A DNA stretch of 37,548 bases from IMG/VR virus record IMGVR_UViG_3300051213_000590, positions 1 through 37,548 of that record; one strand, 5' to 3'. This document shows, in pieces, positions 1 to 8,548 of this stretch. A program made the translations under genes and the position numbers. Position 1 is the first letter of the stretch. Every line of letters starts with the position of its first letter. Origin of the DNA: a virus (Duplodnaviria > Caudoviricetes). A model generated the notes under the pieces. It did no database searches. It was not told the DNA's origin and saw nothing but the letters and a program-made list of their open reading frames with translations.

Positions 1-34
1 TCACCAAGGGGCGGGGGTAGTTAGCGCCGCCCGA

Positions 35-387
35 GGGTGACATTGGGTGACTTTTTGGGCGCTTTTTGCCCTCGTTTGGGTGACATGGGCGCTGGTTGCC
101 CTTATAGCACAAGGGCCTTTAGGCACGATTTGGGTGACATAGACCCCTCTAGGGTGACATAGGGTGACTTTTGGGAAAGCTATCTCACCCAACCAACTTG
201 CTGATCTTCAGTGCGTAGAACCACCTAGGGTGACATAGTGTAGATGTTTTACTTAAAAAAAATATATTCATCTCTCCTGTAAAAGAAGAAAGTTTTGGCC
301 GATTTTCCTCTCTATGTCACCCAAATGGGTCTAATGGGCTGATCTTTCGGGAGTTAATCCAAAAGCTATGTCACCCTGTAGTCACCC
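35..387. repeat. Convergent GGGTGAC(AT) iteron array around an AT-rich core; putative replication origin
   Basis: GGGTGAC on + at 35, 45, 78, 132, 152, 162, 228; inverted GTCACCC at 316, 370, 381; AT-rich core at about 245-300. The repeats are seen directly; the origin function is inferred. Confidence 0.75.
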
Positions 388-425
388 ACACACACCAAAC
401 GCCGATGGGAGGCGATATTTGCTGT

Positions 426-839
426 ATGGATATTCGAAGGAAACAAAGACCCAAACCGTGGATGGCGAAGAAGAAAGCGAGGGCAGTTTGGAATATGACT
501 ACAGGAGAGAGAGTCAAGCCCTTCGCTCAGAACTCACACGACAGCTCGTTCTACCAGACGCCCGAATGGAGGGCTACGTCTAAGGCGGTGCTCAACAGAG
601 ATGCTATATGTAAGTGGTGCATAAACCTGGGCAAGCTAACGGTGGCTACGCAGGCCGACCACGTTATCCCTCTCCATAGACTTACAGATATCCACCCCCT
701 TGATCAAGACAATATAGTAGGCTCTTGCGTTTCATGCAACGCTCGTAGAGCAGCACTCGATGCAAGAGGTATTATATTTTATACATTTGAGGATTGGGTG
801 AAATACCTAAGAAGCAGAAATGACCTACTATCTAAATAA
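426..839 (+). CDS. HNH endonuclease, terminase-associated (HK97 gp74-like)
   Basis: FYQTPEWR...CKWC...DHVIP...N..CVSCN pattern; located near terminase genes. ATG 426 is preferred over the track start at 405. Confidence 0.85.
   Translation: MDIRRKQRPKPWMAKKKARAVWNMTTGERVKPFAQNSHDSSFYQTPEWRATSKAVLNRDAICKWCINLGKLTVATQADHVIPLHRLTDIHPLDQDNIVGSCVSCNARRAALDARGIIFYTFEDWVKYLRSRNDLLSK
782..789 (+). promoter_or_regulatory. Possible Bacteroidota -7 promoter box (TACATTTG)
   Basis: Matches TAnnTTTG, 30 nt upstream of the VRR-NUC start. Confidence 0.3.
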
Positions 840-1212
840 GAACATTCCTACGAGGAAGAACGGCCAGCCCGAGCACGAAATGCAGGTGCAGATCGTGAAC
901 TATCTCAAGTCTCACCCATCACACCCACTCTTTACGGCCACCGTAGGAGGTGTTCGCTTAGCTGCGCACACGGCGATGAAGATGCGGGCAGCTGGCTATA
1001 GCAAAGGGACGCCTGATCTTCTTATCTTCGAGCCGCGAGGTCAATATCACGGATTGGCTTTGGAGGTGAAGACGGAGAAGGGCCGACCTTCGGATGAGCA
1101 GAAGAAGTGGATTGCCGATCTGAATGAGAGAGGCTACTGCGCGAAGATCACCAGAGGATATAAGGAAACGGTAGAAACAATCAAAAACTACTTAGATGGT
1201 CAACATATATGA
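820..1212 (+). CDS. VRR-NUC domain nuclease (PD-(D/E)XK)
   Basis: EHEMQ...GTPDLLI...LALEVKTEKGRPSDEQKKW motif. Confidence 0.9.
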   Translation: MTYYLNKNIPTRKNGQPEHEMQVQIVNYLKSHPSHPLFTATVGGVRLAAHTAMKMRAAGYSKGTPDLLIFEPRGQYHGLALEVKTEKGRPSDEQKKWIADLNERGYCAKITRGYKETVETIKNYLDGQHI

Positions 1213-2029
1213 AACCATGAAGGCTGCAAGGCAGCTTGCTGTAAACAGCCTGAATAGCGTTCAAATTGAAAACAACGCTAAGACTGTTGTTTTAGGAAAC
1301 AGGATACAAGGTTATAAGGACCATCAGATATGTTTGTCTATAGAAGGCTATAATAGACCTGCTAGGCAAACAAATGCAATGGAGATATCATTCAATTGCT
1401 ATGCCGCGACTATGCAGTTAAGCTGTCAAATGGCAGAGTCTATTATTGATATGGTATCTTCAGATAACTACTATATATATCCCGAGCCAACTGTCCCAGA
1501 GGAACCAACTCCCGAACTGCTTTCGTGTGAATTTGCAGCAGGGCAAGAGTTGCAGACTAGTACGACATTTGAGGTTGGCGCAGACGCATTCGTTCTAGAT
1601 GCAAATTTAGATCCAGTATATCTAATTGATGGAGACTACACATTGACGGACGGAACAACATTTTCCATAGTCAACAAGTTGATCTCTGTCTGGGAGGCTG
1701 GCGAATTTGGAGAAGGAGACCTTGTCTCAGCAACATTTGCTTCAGGACAAATTATTGAAACTGCTGATGAGGAGATTGTTGTCGGATCTGTCGTTTTTGT
1801 AACGTCAAATGAGGAAACACTTCAGCTTTTAAGCGGAGACTACTTGACATTTTACGAAAGACCATTTTCAATCGAGGTATCTGCCGTTACGGAATGGGGT
1901 GAGATTACGATGACCATCACTGACGATGAGGCTACTAGATACACCGTGAATTTCGTTGATATGTATCAGGACTCTCCTGACTCTGACTTCTTTAAGACCT
2001 CTGTTTCACTGAAGTTCACATATAAGTGA
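1196..2029 (+). CDS. Putative tail terminator/completion protein (DUF3168/SPP1 gp17-like) with an acidic tandem-repeat insertion
   Basis: N-terminal ISFNCYAATMQLSCQMAESIID and C-terminal DMYQD..DFFKTSVSLKF resemble tail terminators. The centre holds two ~60-aa acidic repeats. No other terminator candidate is present in the tail module. Confidence 0.45.
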   Translation: MVNIYETMKAARQLAVNSLNSVQIENNAKTVVLGNRIQGYKDHQICLSIEGYNRPARQTNAMEISFNCYAATMQLSCQMAESIIDMVSSDNYYIYPEPTVPEEPTPELLSCEFAAGQELQTSTTFEVGADAFVLDANLDPVYLIDGDYTLTDGTTFSIVNKLISVWEAGEFGEGDLVSATFASGQIIETADEEIVVGSVVFVTSNEETLQLLSGDYLTFYERPFSIEVSAVTEWGEITMTITDDEATRYTVNFVDMYQDSPDSDFFKTSVSLKFTYK

Positions 2030-2502
2030 GCAACAACAAGCACAAAATCCTTCAGGACATGAGGGTTGCCGCCGCTGAGGGGGCAAAAGAGGTGATGAAG
2101 AAGGTAGTCGAGCCTTCTAAGGATATGATGCCTATCGTGGTGCTCGACAAGGACGGGGAGAGGATGTTCAAGCTGGTGATCGATCACCTGGCGGCGAGCG
2201 GCCTTTTAGAGTCCATCGACGTGGTTACTATCACGATGTTGGCAAAAAACCTGTCTATGTTCGTTATGATCTCGCGAGAAATACAAGATGTAAGCGATAT
2301 CATCCAGTATTACGAGAACGGCACATCTAACGTAAGCGGCAAGATGATGGCTCTTTCGAAGGTTCAGGGCGAGGTGCAGAAGCTGAGCGCGAAGCTCGGC
2401 CTGTCTCCTCTCGACCGGGCGAGGATCCTCGGCGCTTCGGTAAATGCGGCGAATGCTGCTGCTAAATCGGCGGAGGGAGACGCCATCGATGAGCTCACTT
2501 GA
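2026..2502 (+). CDS. terS: Terminase small subunit, P27 family
   Basis: C-terminal LSAKLGLSPLDRARI motif; directly upstream of terL. Confidence 0.85.
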   Translation: MSNNKHKILQDMRVAAAEGAKEVMKKVVEPSKDMMPIVVLDKDGERMFKLVIDHLAASGLLESIDVVTITMLAKNLSMFVMISREIQDVSDIIQYYENGTSNVSGKMMALSKVQGEVQKLSAKLGLSPLDRARILGASVNAANAAAKSAEGDAIDELT

Positions 2503-4207
2503 CCTCACCGTGGTGAATAGGATGTACGACTATGTCGAAGACATCCTAGATGGTAAAATAGTTGCAGGGAAGTATACGAAGTTGGCTTGCCAGCGATTCG
2601 TTGACGATATCTCCTCTGATCAATTTGAGTTCGACGTAGAGTCGGCGGCGCGGTACATCACCTTTATAGAGAAGGTATGCATCCATACGAGGGGTGAACA
2701 CGGTAAACCGTTCATCCTTTCGCCGTGGCAGGTCTTTTTCGTGGGTCAGCTGTTCGGATGGAAGCGTAAGGGCGACCTCTCGAAGAGGAGGTTCACTACG
2801 GCCCATCTGTTCGTCGGGAGGAAGAACGGCAAGTCGCAGCTGGCGGCAGCGATCATCCTGGCTATGGCTGTGCTCGATGACGACGGGGCTCCCCAGTTCG
2901 TCACGGCGGCCACCAAAAGAGACCAGGCGAAGGAGGTTTTCGACGAGATACGCCGTATAGTGAAGGCTTCGGCCCCTTTGAACAAGCGTTTTTCGGTAAA
3001 CAGGAACGAGATCCTTTCGCCCCGCGAGGGTATAATTAAGCCCCTCTCTTCTGACGCGAATACGCTCGACGGGTTGAGCTTGAACGTGGGCTGTGTCGAC
3101 GAGATGCACGCCATGAAGAACGGCGACCTGTACCGAGTCCTCTCCTCTTCTATGGGAAGCCGCAAAAATCCGCTTATGTTGGCGATTTCTACGGCTGGAT
3201 TTGTTCTGGACGGCCTTGCCACGGAATTTGTGAAGGGAGGCAAGGCTGTGCTGGACGGGAACGTGGTGAACGACTCTCTGCTGTTTATGATCTACGAGTT
3301 GGACGAGGACGACCAGTGGAGTGACAGCGAGTGCTGGATCAAGGCCAATCCCAATCTGGGGGTTTCGATAAGTGAAGAATGGTTAAAAGACAAGTACGAG
3401 AACGCCAAGATCTACTCCGGCAGGCATATTACCGAGTTTATGGTGAAGCACTGCAACCTATTCGTAGGTTCCGACACGGTGTGGGTTGAGGAGGAGGTGT
3501 GGATGTCTGAGGACAACGTGGAGCCGCTGCCTACCCCGAACAAGCAGGAGGCGTATATCGGCCTCGACCTTTCGGAGACGGACGACATCACGGCCATTGC
3601 CGTTGCTATAGGCGACGTCAACTCGAGGATTTCGATATATATGCAGTATTTCGTGTGCCGTTCTGCTGTAGAAAGGCGCCTAAAGAAGGATGAGACGTCG
3701 ATTTACTCGAGGATTGGCGAGTACGACAACGTCTACGTGATGGACACTAACAGCATCGACTATAACGTGATCCGCAGGAAGATCAGCGGCTACTACGTTA
3801 TGGACGGGGTGACGCACTACGACGAGGACAACATCTCCAACAAGTTCAATCTGAAGTCTGTAGCTTACGACCGGTGGAACAGCTTGAGTTTGATCCGCGA
3901 CCTGGAAGGCGACGGGGTGGTTTGCTCCCCTTATGGACAGGGATACGCTTCTCTCTCGTTCCCTTCTAAGACGTTAGAGAAGCTGGCGAGGGACGGGAAG
4001 CTACAGCACGGGGGCGACGAGGTGCTTCGGTGGATGATGAGCAACGTAAAGCTCAGGATGGATCCTTCTGGCAATATAAAGCCAGATAAGGAGAAAAGTG
4101 GCGATAAAATTGACGGGGTTGTGGCTGCTGTTATGAGTATAGGAGAGATGTTGTCTTATACTGAGGAAGATGATAGTGCGTTCGAACCCTTCTTCACTGT
4201 AGTTTGA
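2489..4207 (+). CDS. terL: Terminase large subunit (Terminase_1, HK97/cos type)
   Basis: LSPWQ, Walker A VGRKNGKS, Walker B VDEMH, ISTAG, nuclease GLDLS..DDIT, AYDRWN, KIDGVVA. ATG 2489 is preferred over the track start at 2444. Confidence 0.97.
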   Translation: MSSLDLTVVNRMYDYVEDILDGKIVAGKYTKLACQRFVDDISSDQFEFDVESAARYITFIEKVCIHTRGEHGKPFILSPWQVFFVGQLFGWKRKGDLSKRRFTTAHLFVGRKNGKSQLAAAIILAMAVLDDDGAPQFVTAATKRDQAKEVFDEIRRIVKASAPLNKRFSVNRNEILSPREGIIKPLSSDANTLDGLSLNVGCVDEMHAMKNGDLYRVLSSSMGSRKNPLMLAISTAGFVLDGLATEFVKGGKAVLDGNVVNDSLLFMIYELDEDDQWSDSECWIKANPNLGVSISEEWLKDKYENAKIYSGRHITEFMVKHCNLFVGSDTVWVEEEVWMSEDNVEPLPTPNKQEAYIGLDLSETDDITAIAVAIGDVNSRISIYMQYFVCRSAVERRLKKDETSIYSRIGEYDNVYVMDTNSIDYNVIRRKISGYYVMDGVTHYDEDNISNKFNLKSVAYDRWNSLSLIRDLEGDGVVCSPYGQGYASLSFPSKTLEKLARDGKLQHGGDEVLRWMMSNVKLRMDPSGNIKPDKEKSGDKIDGVVAAVMSIGEMLSYTEEDDSAFEPFFTVV

Positions 4208-4213
4208 CGTTAT

Positions 4214-4221
4214 TATATTTG
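4214..4221 (+). promoter_or_regulatory. Bacteroidota-type -7 promoter box (TATATTTG) upstream of portal
   Basis: Exact TAnnTTTG in the terL-portal gap; the same octamer recurs before the major tail gene. Confidence 0.5.
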
Positions 4222-4225
4222 CAAT

Positions 4226-5449
4226 ATGGCAGGCCCATCTGGACTGAAAAAAGTCATTAGATCGATTTTAGGCTACAAGGCTGAAGAGAGGGCCTATGTG
4301 CCTACTGCTTACTACCCTTCGTACGCACCTTTCCGCGCGAAGAATGTAAACACGTACCAATCCATCAGCTCGCTTCAAATTACGGCTGTTTATGCTTGCA
4401 TTAGCAAGATAGCCGACACGATTGCGTCTATGGATTGCATGGTTGAGCAGCTCTCTGCTGACGGATCGAGAACTCCACTTGCAAACAGCCCATACACCAA
4501 GCTGCTTCGGGTACAGCCGAACAGCCTTATGGGTGCTTACGAGTTCAAGCAGATGATCATCAGCGACGCTCTGATTTACGGGACGGGCTATGCTGTCATC
4601 ACGGGCGGGGAGATCTTCTGGATCCCCTCTTCGGAGATGACTTTCGTGATCAACGAAAGAACTGGCGAGAAGATATACAAGTATACTGGCGCCCCGAGTG
4701 CTATCCCGCAAGAAAAGGTCATTGAGATCAAGGCGTTCCGTTCGGAGTCGCCTATCAATGTTCAGATTCAAAATATCCAAACCGCGAAGTCCATCCAGAA
4801 TTACGGGCACAAGTTCTTTGAGAACGGGGGTATGCTGGGTGGCATCTTGAGTACGAAGGAGCAGATCAAGCCGGAGTACGCCAAGGAGATGTCTGACCGT
4901 TGGAAGGAGGAGTATGCTGGCACGGAGAACGCCCACAAGATCGCTATTATCGGCGGTGGTTTCCAGTTCCAGTCGATGACGCTTCCTCTCGACCAGGTTC
5001 AGTTTATCGACATCAAGAAGTACAGTGCTCAGGAGATTTGTCAGATGTACCAGGTTCCACCTGCCATGATTGGTATGGAGGGCAACACGGCGTACAGCAA
5101 CTACGAGCAGCAGGTGCTTCAGTTCTATCAGGGCTGCATCCTCCCTTGGATCAAGCGTATCGAGCTTGAGTTCGAAAGGAAGCTTTTAGGTTTCGACGAT
5201 TCACTCTCGTGCCGTTTCGACGTAGACAGCCTTCTGCGTGCCGACTCATCCGCTCGAGCGACATACTACCATTCACTTCTTTCCGACGGTGTATTGTCTA
5301 TAAACGAGGTCAGGTCACGCGAAGGTCTCTCTCCTGTCGACGGCGGAGACAATCACCATATCCAGCTGAACCAGATCCCTCTGGCTTCTATGAACAACTA
5401 CGCGGACAAAGTAACTAAAAATATAAACAATGGCAATCTTCCTGTATAA
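4226..5449 (+). CDS. Portal protein, HK97 family
   Basis: AVYACISKIADTIAS, FFENGG, EICQMYQVPPAMIG, YSNYEQQ, SINEVRSREGLSPVDGGD. Confidence 0.96.
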   Translation: MAGPSGLKKVIRSILGYKAEERAYVPTAYYPSYAPFRAKNVNTYQSISSLQITAVYACISKIADTIASMDCMVEQLSADGSRTPLANSPYTKLLRVQPNSLMGAYEFKQMIISDALIYGTGYAVITGGEIFWIPSSEMTFVINERTGEKIYKYTGAPSAIPQEKVIEIKAFRSESPINVQIQNIQTAKSIQNYGHKFFENGGMLGGILSTKEQIKPEYAKEMSDRWKEEYAGTENAHKIAIIGGGFQFQSMTLPLDQVQFIDIKKYSAQEICQMYQVPPAMIGMEGNTAYSNYEQQVLQFYQGCILPWIKRIELEFERKLLGFDDSLSCRFDVDSLLRADSSARATYYHSLLSDGVLSINEVRSREGLSPVDGGDNHHIQLNQIPLASMNNYADKVTKNINNGNLPV

Positions 5450-5798
5450 ATTCAGAAACGTAAGAAATAGGCATTCTACGTCTGCTGTAGGCACTGCTGG
5501 CGAACCTGTAGCATCTGAACTTTGGTATTACCACGAGGGGTCTACGGCGCCTACGGCTGCTCAGGCAAAAGTGGTTCTCGATCAATTTATCGACGGCTTG
5601 GGTTATGTTGGCCCGCGCCCAGATATCTCTGCGGCTATGGCGGCTGGTCACGCGGACGCCACGGCAAGAACTAACGCCAATACAGGGAAAGCTTCCTTCC
5701 GCATCGGAAAGGCTGTTTACCAATACGCTGTTGCCTACCACGCTTCTACCGTTGCCGGGGCACTGGCTGCTACCACCACCTGGAAAAACCTTTCGTAA
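5430..5798 (+). CDS. Hypothetical Ala/Thr-rich protein in the head module (possible decoration protein)
   Basis: Tightly packed between portal and protease-capsid genes; codon style similar to the capsid gene. Confidence 0.6.
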   Translation: MAIFLYKFRNVRNRHSTSAVGTAGEPVASELWYYHEGSTAPTAAQAKVVLDQFIDGLGYVGPRPDISAAMAAGHADATARTNANTGKASFRIGKAVYQYAVAYHASTVAGALAATTTWKNLS

Positions 5799-7900
5799 TG
5801 CCATATTCAGATTACCCCGAGGTTATGACCTCAAATGCCAAGAGGGGCCTGGAGCTTAACGAGGAGAACGGAGGCAAGTGCGCTACCGCTGTAGGCAAGG
5901 AGACGGCAAGAATCCTTTCCTCTGGAGAGTCTCTTTCGGAGGATCGGGTTGTACGTATGTACTCCTACCTCTCGAGAGCAGAAACCTACTACAACGAGGA
6001 CGATCCTACCGCTTGCGGGACGATCAGCTACCTTATGTGGGGCGGCAAACCCGCTTTGACTTGGAGCCGCTCTAAAGTCGAGGAGATGGAAGAGAATCGT
6101 GCTATGGACATGGAAGAGCTGACCGAGGCTATCATCGAGGCGGTAGAAGACGCTGTCGAGGAGGTGATGGACGAGGTTATGGCTGAAGAGCCCACGCAGG
6201 AGGACGAGCCGATGGAAGAGGAAGAAGAGATGGTCGATGAGCGTTCTGCCATCAACAACCTCGAGGCAAGATCTATCGCCTGTGAGTTCCGTGCCGACGA
6301 AGAGGACGGGGTGACCATTGAAGGTTATGCCGCTCGCTACGACGAGGAGACGGAAATCGGAGGTCAGTTCGTAGAGCGTATCTCTCGCGGGGCGTTCAGC
6401 GAGGCCGATATGAGCAACGTCGTTGCCCTCTTCAATCACGACTGGAATATGCCTCTCGCCCGTGTAGGTCGCGGCCTGGAGTTGTGGGACGACGGCCAGG
6501 GCCTGAAGTACCGCTTCAAGCTGGGCAACCAATCCTACGCCAAAGACCTCGCAGAAAATATCCGTACGGGCAACGTGTCGACGTCGTCGTTTGGATTCAC
6601 GGTTGAGAAGGATCGGTGGGAGAAGCGCGGCAGCCAGCCGTTGCGTATCATCGAAAGAGTAAAGAAGCTTTACGATGTCTCTCCAACCACCCAAGGTGCT
6701 TACCCAACCACAGATGTAGCCATTTCACGCATGATGGAATTCGAAAAACTCGTAGACAACAGTATTCTACCACAACCCTTCTCACCAGAAATTCAAACCC
6801 AAACTTCCAATAACACAATGGAAAACCCAACCACGCCCGCATACATCCAGAGCTTGGGCGACTCTGAGGCGAATGTCGCCAAGCGTTTCTCTTTCGGTAA
6901 GGCTATCAGAGAAGCCGCAGAGGGCCGTCTGACGGGCCTTGAGGCAGAGATGAACGCCGAAGCTCGTAACGAGTTCACGAGCGCGAAGATCAATGTGTCT
7001 GGCGGTATCTCTATCCCGTCGATGGTTTTGCGTACGCATGGTGACCCCATGTCTGTTGCTAATACGGTGAATACCACGAACCACAGCTGGGGCGGAACGG
7101 TCGGCTCGATGGACGCTGGCTTGATCCCGTACATGATGCCGCAGGATATCGCAACCCAGTTGGGCGTGCGTAACCTCTCCGGCTTGAGCGGAAACGTGGT
7201 GTTCCAAGTTGCTAAGCCTAGCTTGAAGCTTGCACCAGAAAAGCTTGCTGAAGGGGCTCCTGCTACTGCCGACAACATCGAGTTCGCTGCTAAGACGCTC
7301 TCTCCTTCTCGTTACAGCGCATACGTTCGTGCTACCGAGCAGCTGTTGGCTCAGAGCGCAGACGACATGGGTGCATTCATCGCAGCTGAAATCCGTAAGG
7401 CCGTCGACAAGAAGTTCTCTGACGACGTTTACGCTGCTATCAAGGGTAACGCCACCACGGGCTCGGCATACAACCAAACCACTCCCGGAACGCTCGACAC
7501 GTTCAACGCTGATAGCAAGAACCCGCTCAATCTGGAATCTGAGTTGTTGGGCCGCGACGTGAACCTCTCCAACGTGAAGGTGTTGTGCGCTCCGAACGCT
7601 TACCGAAAGGCTCGCACGATGAGCTTGGACGCAGGTAGCGGCTTGCTCTTCTCTGGTAGCCCGCTCGATCGTAAGGACGTGTTGGGATACCCCACCGTCG
7701 TTTACTCTGGCGTTACCGCAGGCGAGTTCTTCATGTTCGACAGCACGCAGCTCGTCACCGGCGAGTGGGGCGGTCTGAACCTCGTTATCGACCCGTACAC
7801 CGACGCTCACTTGGGTGTTGTTCGGATCCTCGCTAACGTGTACAAGTCTGTGACCACGTTGCAGGATGAGTGCTTCGACGGGGTTGCCTCGATGGCCTAA
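5798..7900 (+). CDS. Fusion: N-terminal domain of unknown function + acidic linker + HK97 prohead protease (S78) + major capsid protein
   Basis: Protease motifs IEGYAARY, ALFNHD, SSFGF, LYDVSPTTQGAYPTT. Capsid motifs RFSFGKAI, GGISIP, WGGLNLVIDPYT. The frame is open throughout. Confidence 0.92.
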   Translation: MPYSDYPEVMTSNAKRGLELNEENGGKCATAVGKETARILSSGESLSEDRVVRMYSYLSRAETYYNEDDPTACGTISYLMWGGKPALTWSRSKVEEMEENRAMDMEELTEAIIEAVEDAVEEVMDEVMAEEPTQEDEPMEEEEEMVDERSAINNLEARSIACEFRADEEDGVTIEGYAARYDEETEIGGQFVERISRGAFSEADMSNVVALFNHDWNMPLARVGRGLELWDDGQGLKYRFKLGNQSYAKDLAENIRTGNVSTSSFGFTVEKDRWEKRGSQPLRIIERVKKLYDVSPTTQGAYPTTDVAISRMMEFEKLVDNSILPQPFSPEIQTQTSNNTMENPTTPAYIQSLGDSEANVAKRFSFGKAIREAAEGRLTGLEAEMNAEARNEFTSAKINVSGGISIPSMVLRTHGDPMSVANTVNTTNHSWGGTVGSMDAGLIPYMMPQDIATQLGVRNLSGLSGNVVFQVAKPSLKLAPEKLAEGAPATADNIEFAAKTLSPSRYSAYVRATEQLLAQSADDMGAFIAAEIRKAVDKKFSDDVYAAIKGNATTGSAYNQTTPGTLDTFNADSKNPLNLESELLGRDVNLSNVKVLCAPNAYRKARTMSLDAGSGLLFSGSPLDRKDVLGYPTVVYSGVTAGEFFMFDSTQLVTGEWGGLNLVIDPYTDAHLGVVRILANVYKSVTTLQDECFDGVASMA

Positions 7901-7930
7901 TTTACCCGACAAGATACTTTAGGACGCCAT

Positions 7931-7963
7931 GAGGGGGAGGGAGAAATCCTTCCCCTTCTTTTT
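7931..7963 (+). terminator. Rho-independent terminator after the capsid gene
   Basis: GAGGGGGAGGGA-GAAA-TCCTTCCCCTTC hairpin followed by TTTTT. Confidence 0.85.
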
Positions 7964-7974
7964 ATATTTAATCC

Positions 7975-8547
7975 ATGAAATACGAAATAGTATCTCAAAG
8001 CCTTTCGCCGTACGAGTTTATACCTCAAAGCGTGGTTATGAAGCATCTGCGCCTCTTTGATTATACGGAGGCTGATGTTATCGAATACTATATGAAGTCG
8101 GCCATTGCGATGGTTGAATCCAGGTTGAATATGATATTCAGATCTGCTTCCACACCAACCATTGTAAAGGTGGCAACAGGAAATAGCAGTTTGAAGCTTA
8201 GGGGTCTTTTTATGTTTACGGAAATTGCTGGCGCATACTACTATGCAAATGACGACACCTATAAAGAATTAGCTGGAGATAGATTTATTTTCACCAAGGT
8301 TATTCACCCGTACGAAATATCTGTAGTTGATACGCCTGAAGATCTAAAGCAAAATGGAGACTACACGTATAGCTTTCAATTTAGTGGCGGAGTTTATGCC
8401 TCTCAAGCTCCAACTCAGGTTTTGGAGGCAATCCTACTCCTTGTGGGGCACTACTACAACCAGCGCGAATCCGAACATATCGGTGGCGTGACTACTATGG
8501 TAAAGGAGGGTGTAGACAGGCTTTTAGCATCAGCAAAAAAATACTGA
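7975..8547 (+). CDS. Head-tail connector (gp6-like)
   Basis: MKHLRL..D at the N-terminus and AILLLVGHYYNQRE at the C-terminus. Confidence 0.88.
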   Translation: MKYEIVSQSLSPYEFIPQSVVMKHLRLFDYTEADVIEYYMKSAIAMVESRLNMIFRSASTPTIVKVATGNSSLKLRGLFMFTEIAGAYYYANDDTYKELAGDRFIFTKVIHPYEISVVDTPEDLKQNGDYTYSFQFSGGVYASQAPTQVLEAILLLVGHYYNQRESEHIGGVTTMVKEGVDRLLASAKKY

Positions 8548-8548
8548 T

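Noticed and set aside
1-192. 63-aa minus-strand ORF (and + ORF 368-583)
   Set aside because: The first is a by-product of the GGGTGAC repeats; the second overlaps the HNH gene in another frame with no recognisable motif.
426-839. HNH as a mobile homing endonuclease or intron ORF
   Set aside because: Size, motif and position match the terminase-accessory gp74 type; no interrupted gene nearby.
5831-7912. Long antisense ORFs (5831-6694, 6782-7912) and similar ones opposite terL, portal and amidase
   Set aside because: Shadows of strongly biased sense-strand codon usage; no motifs.
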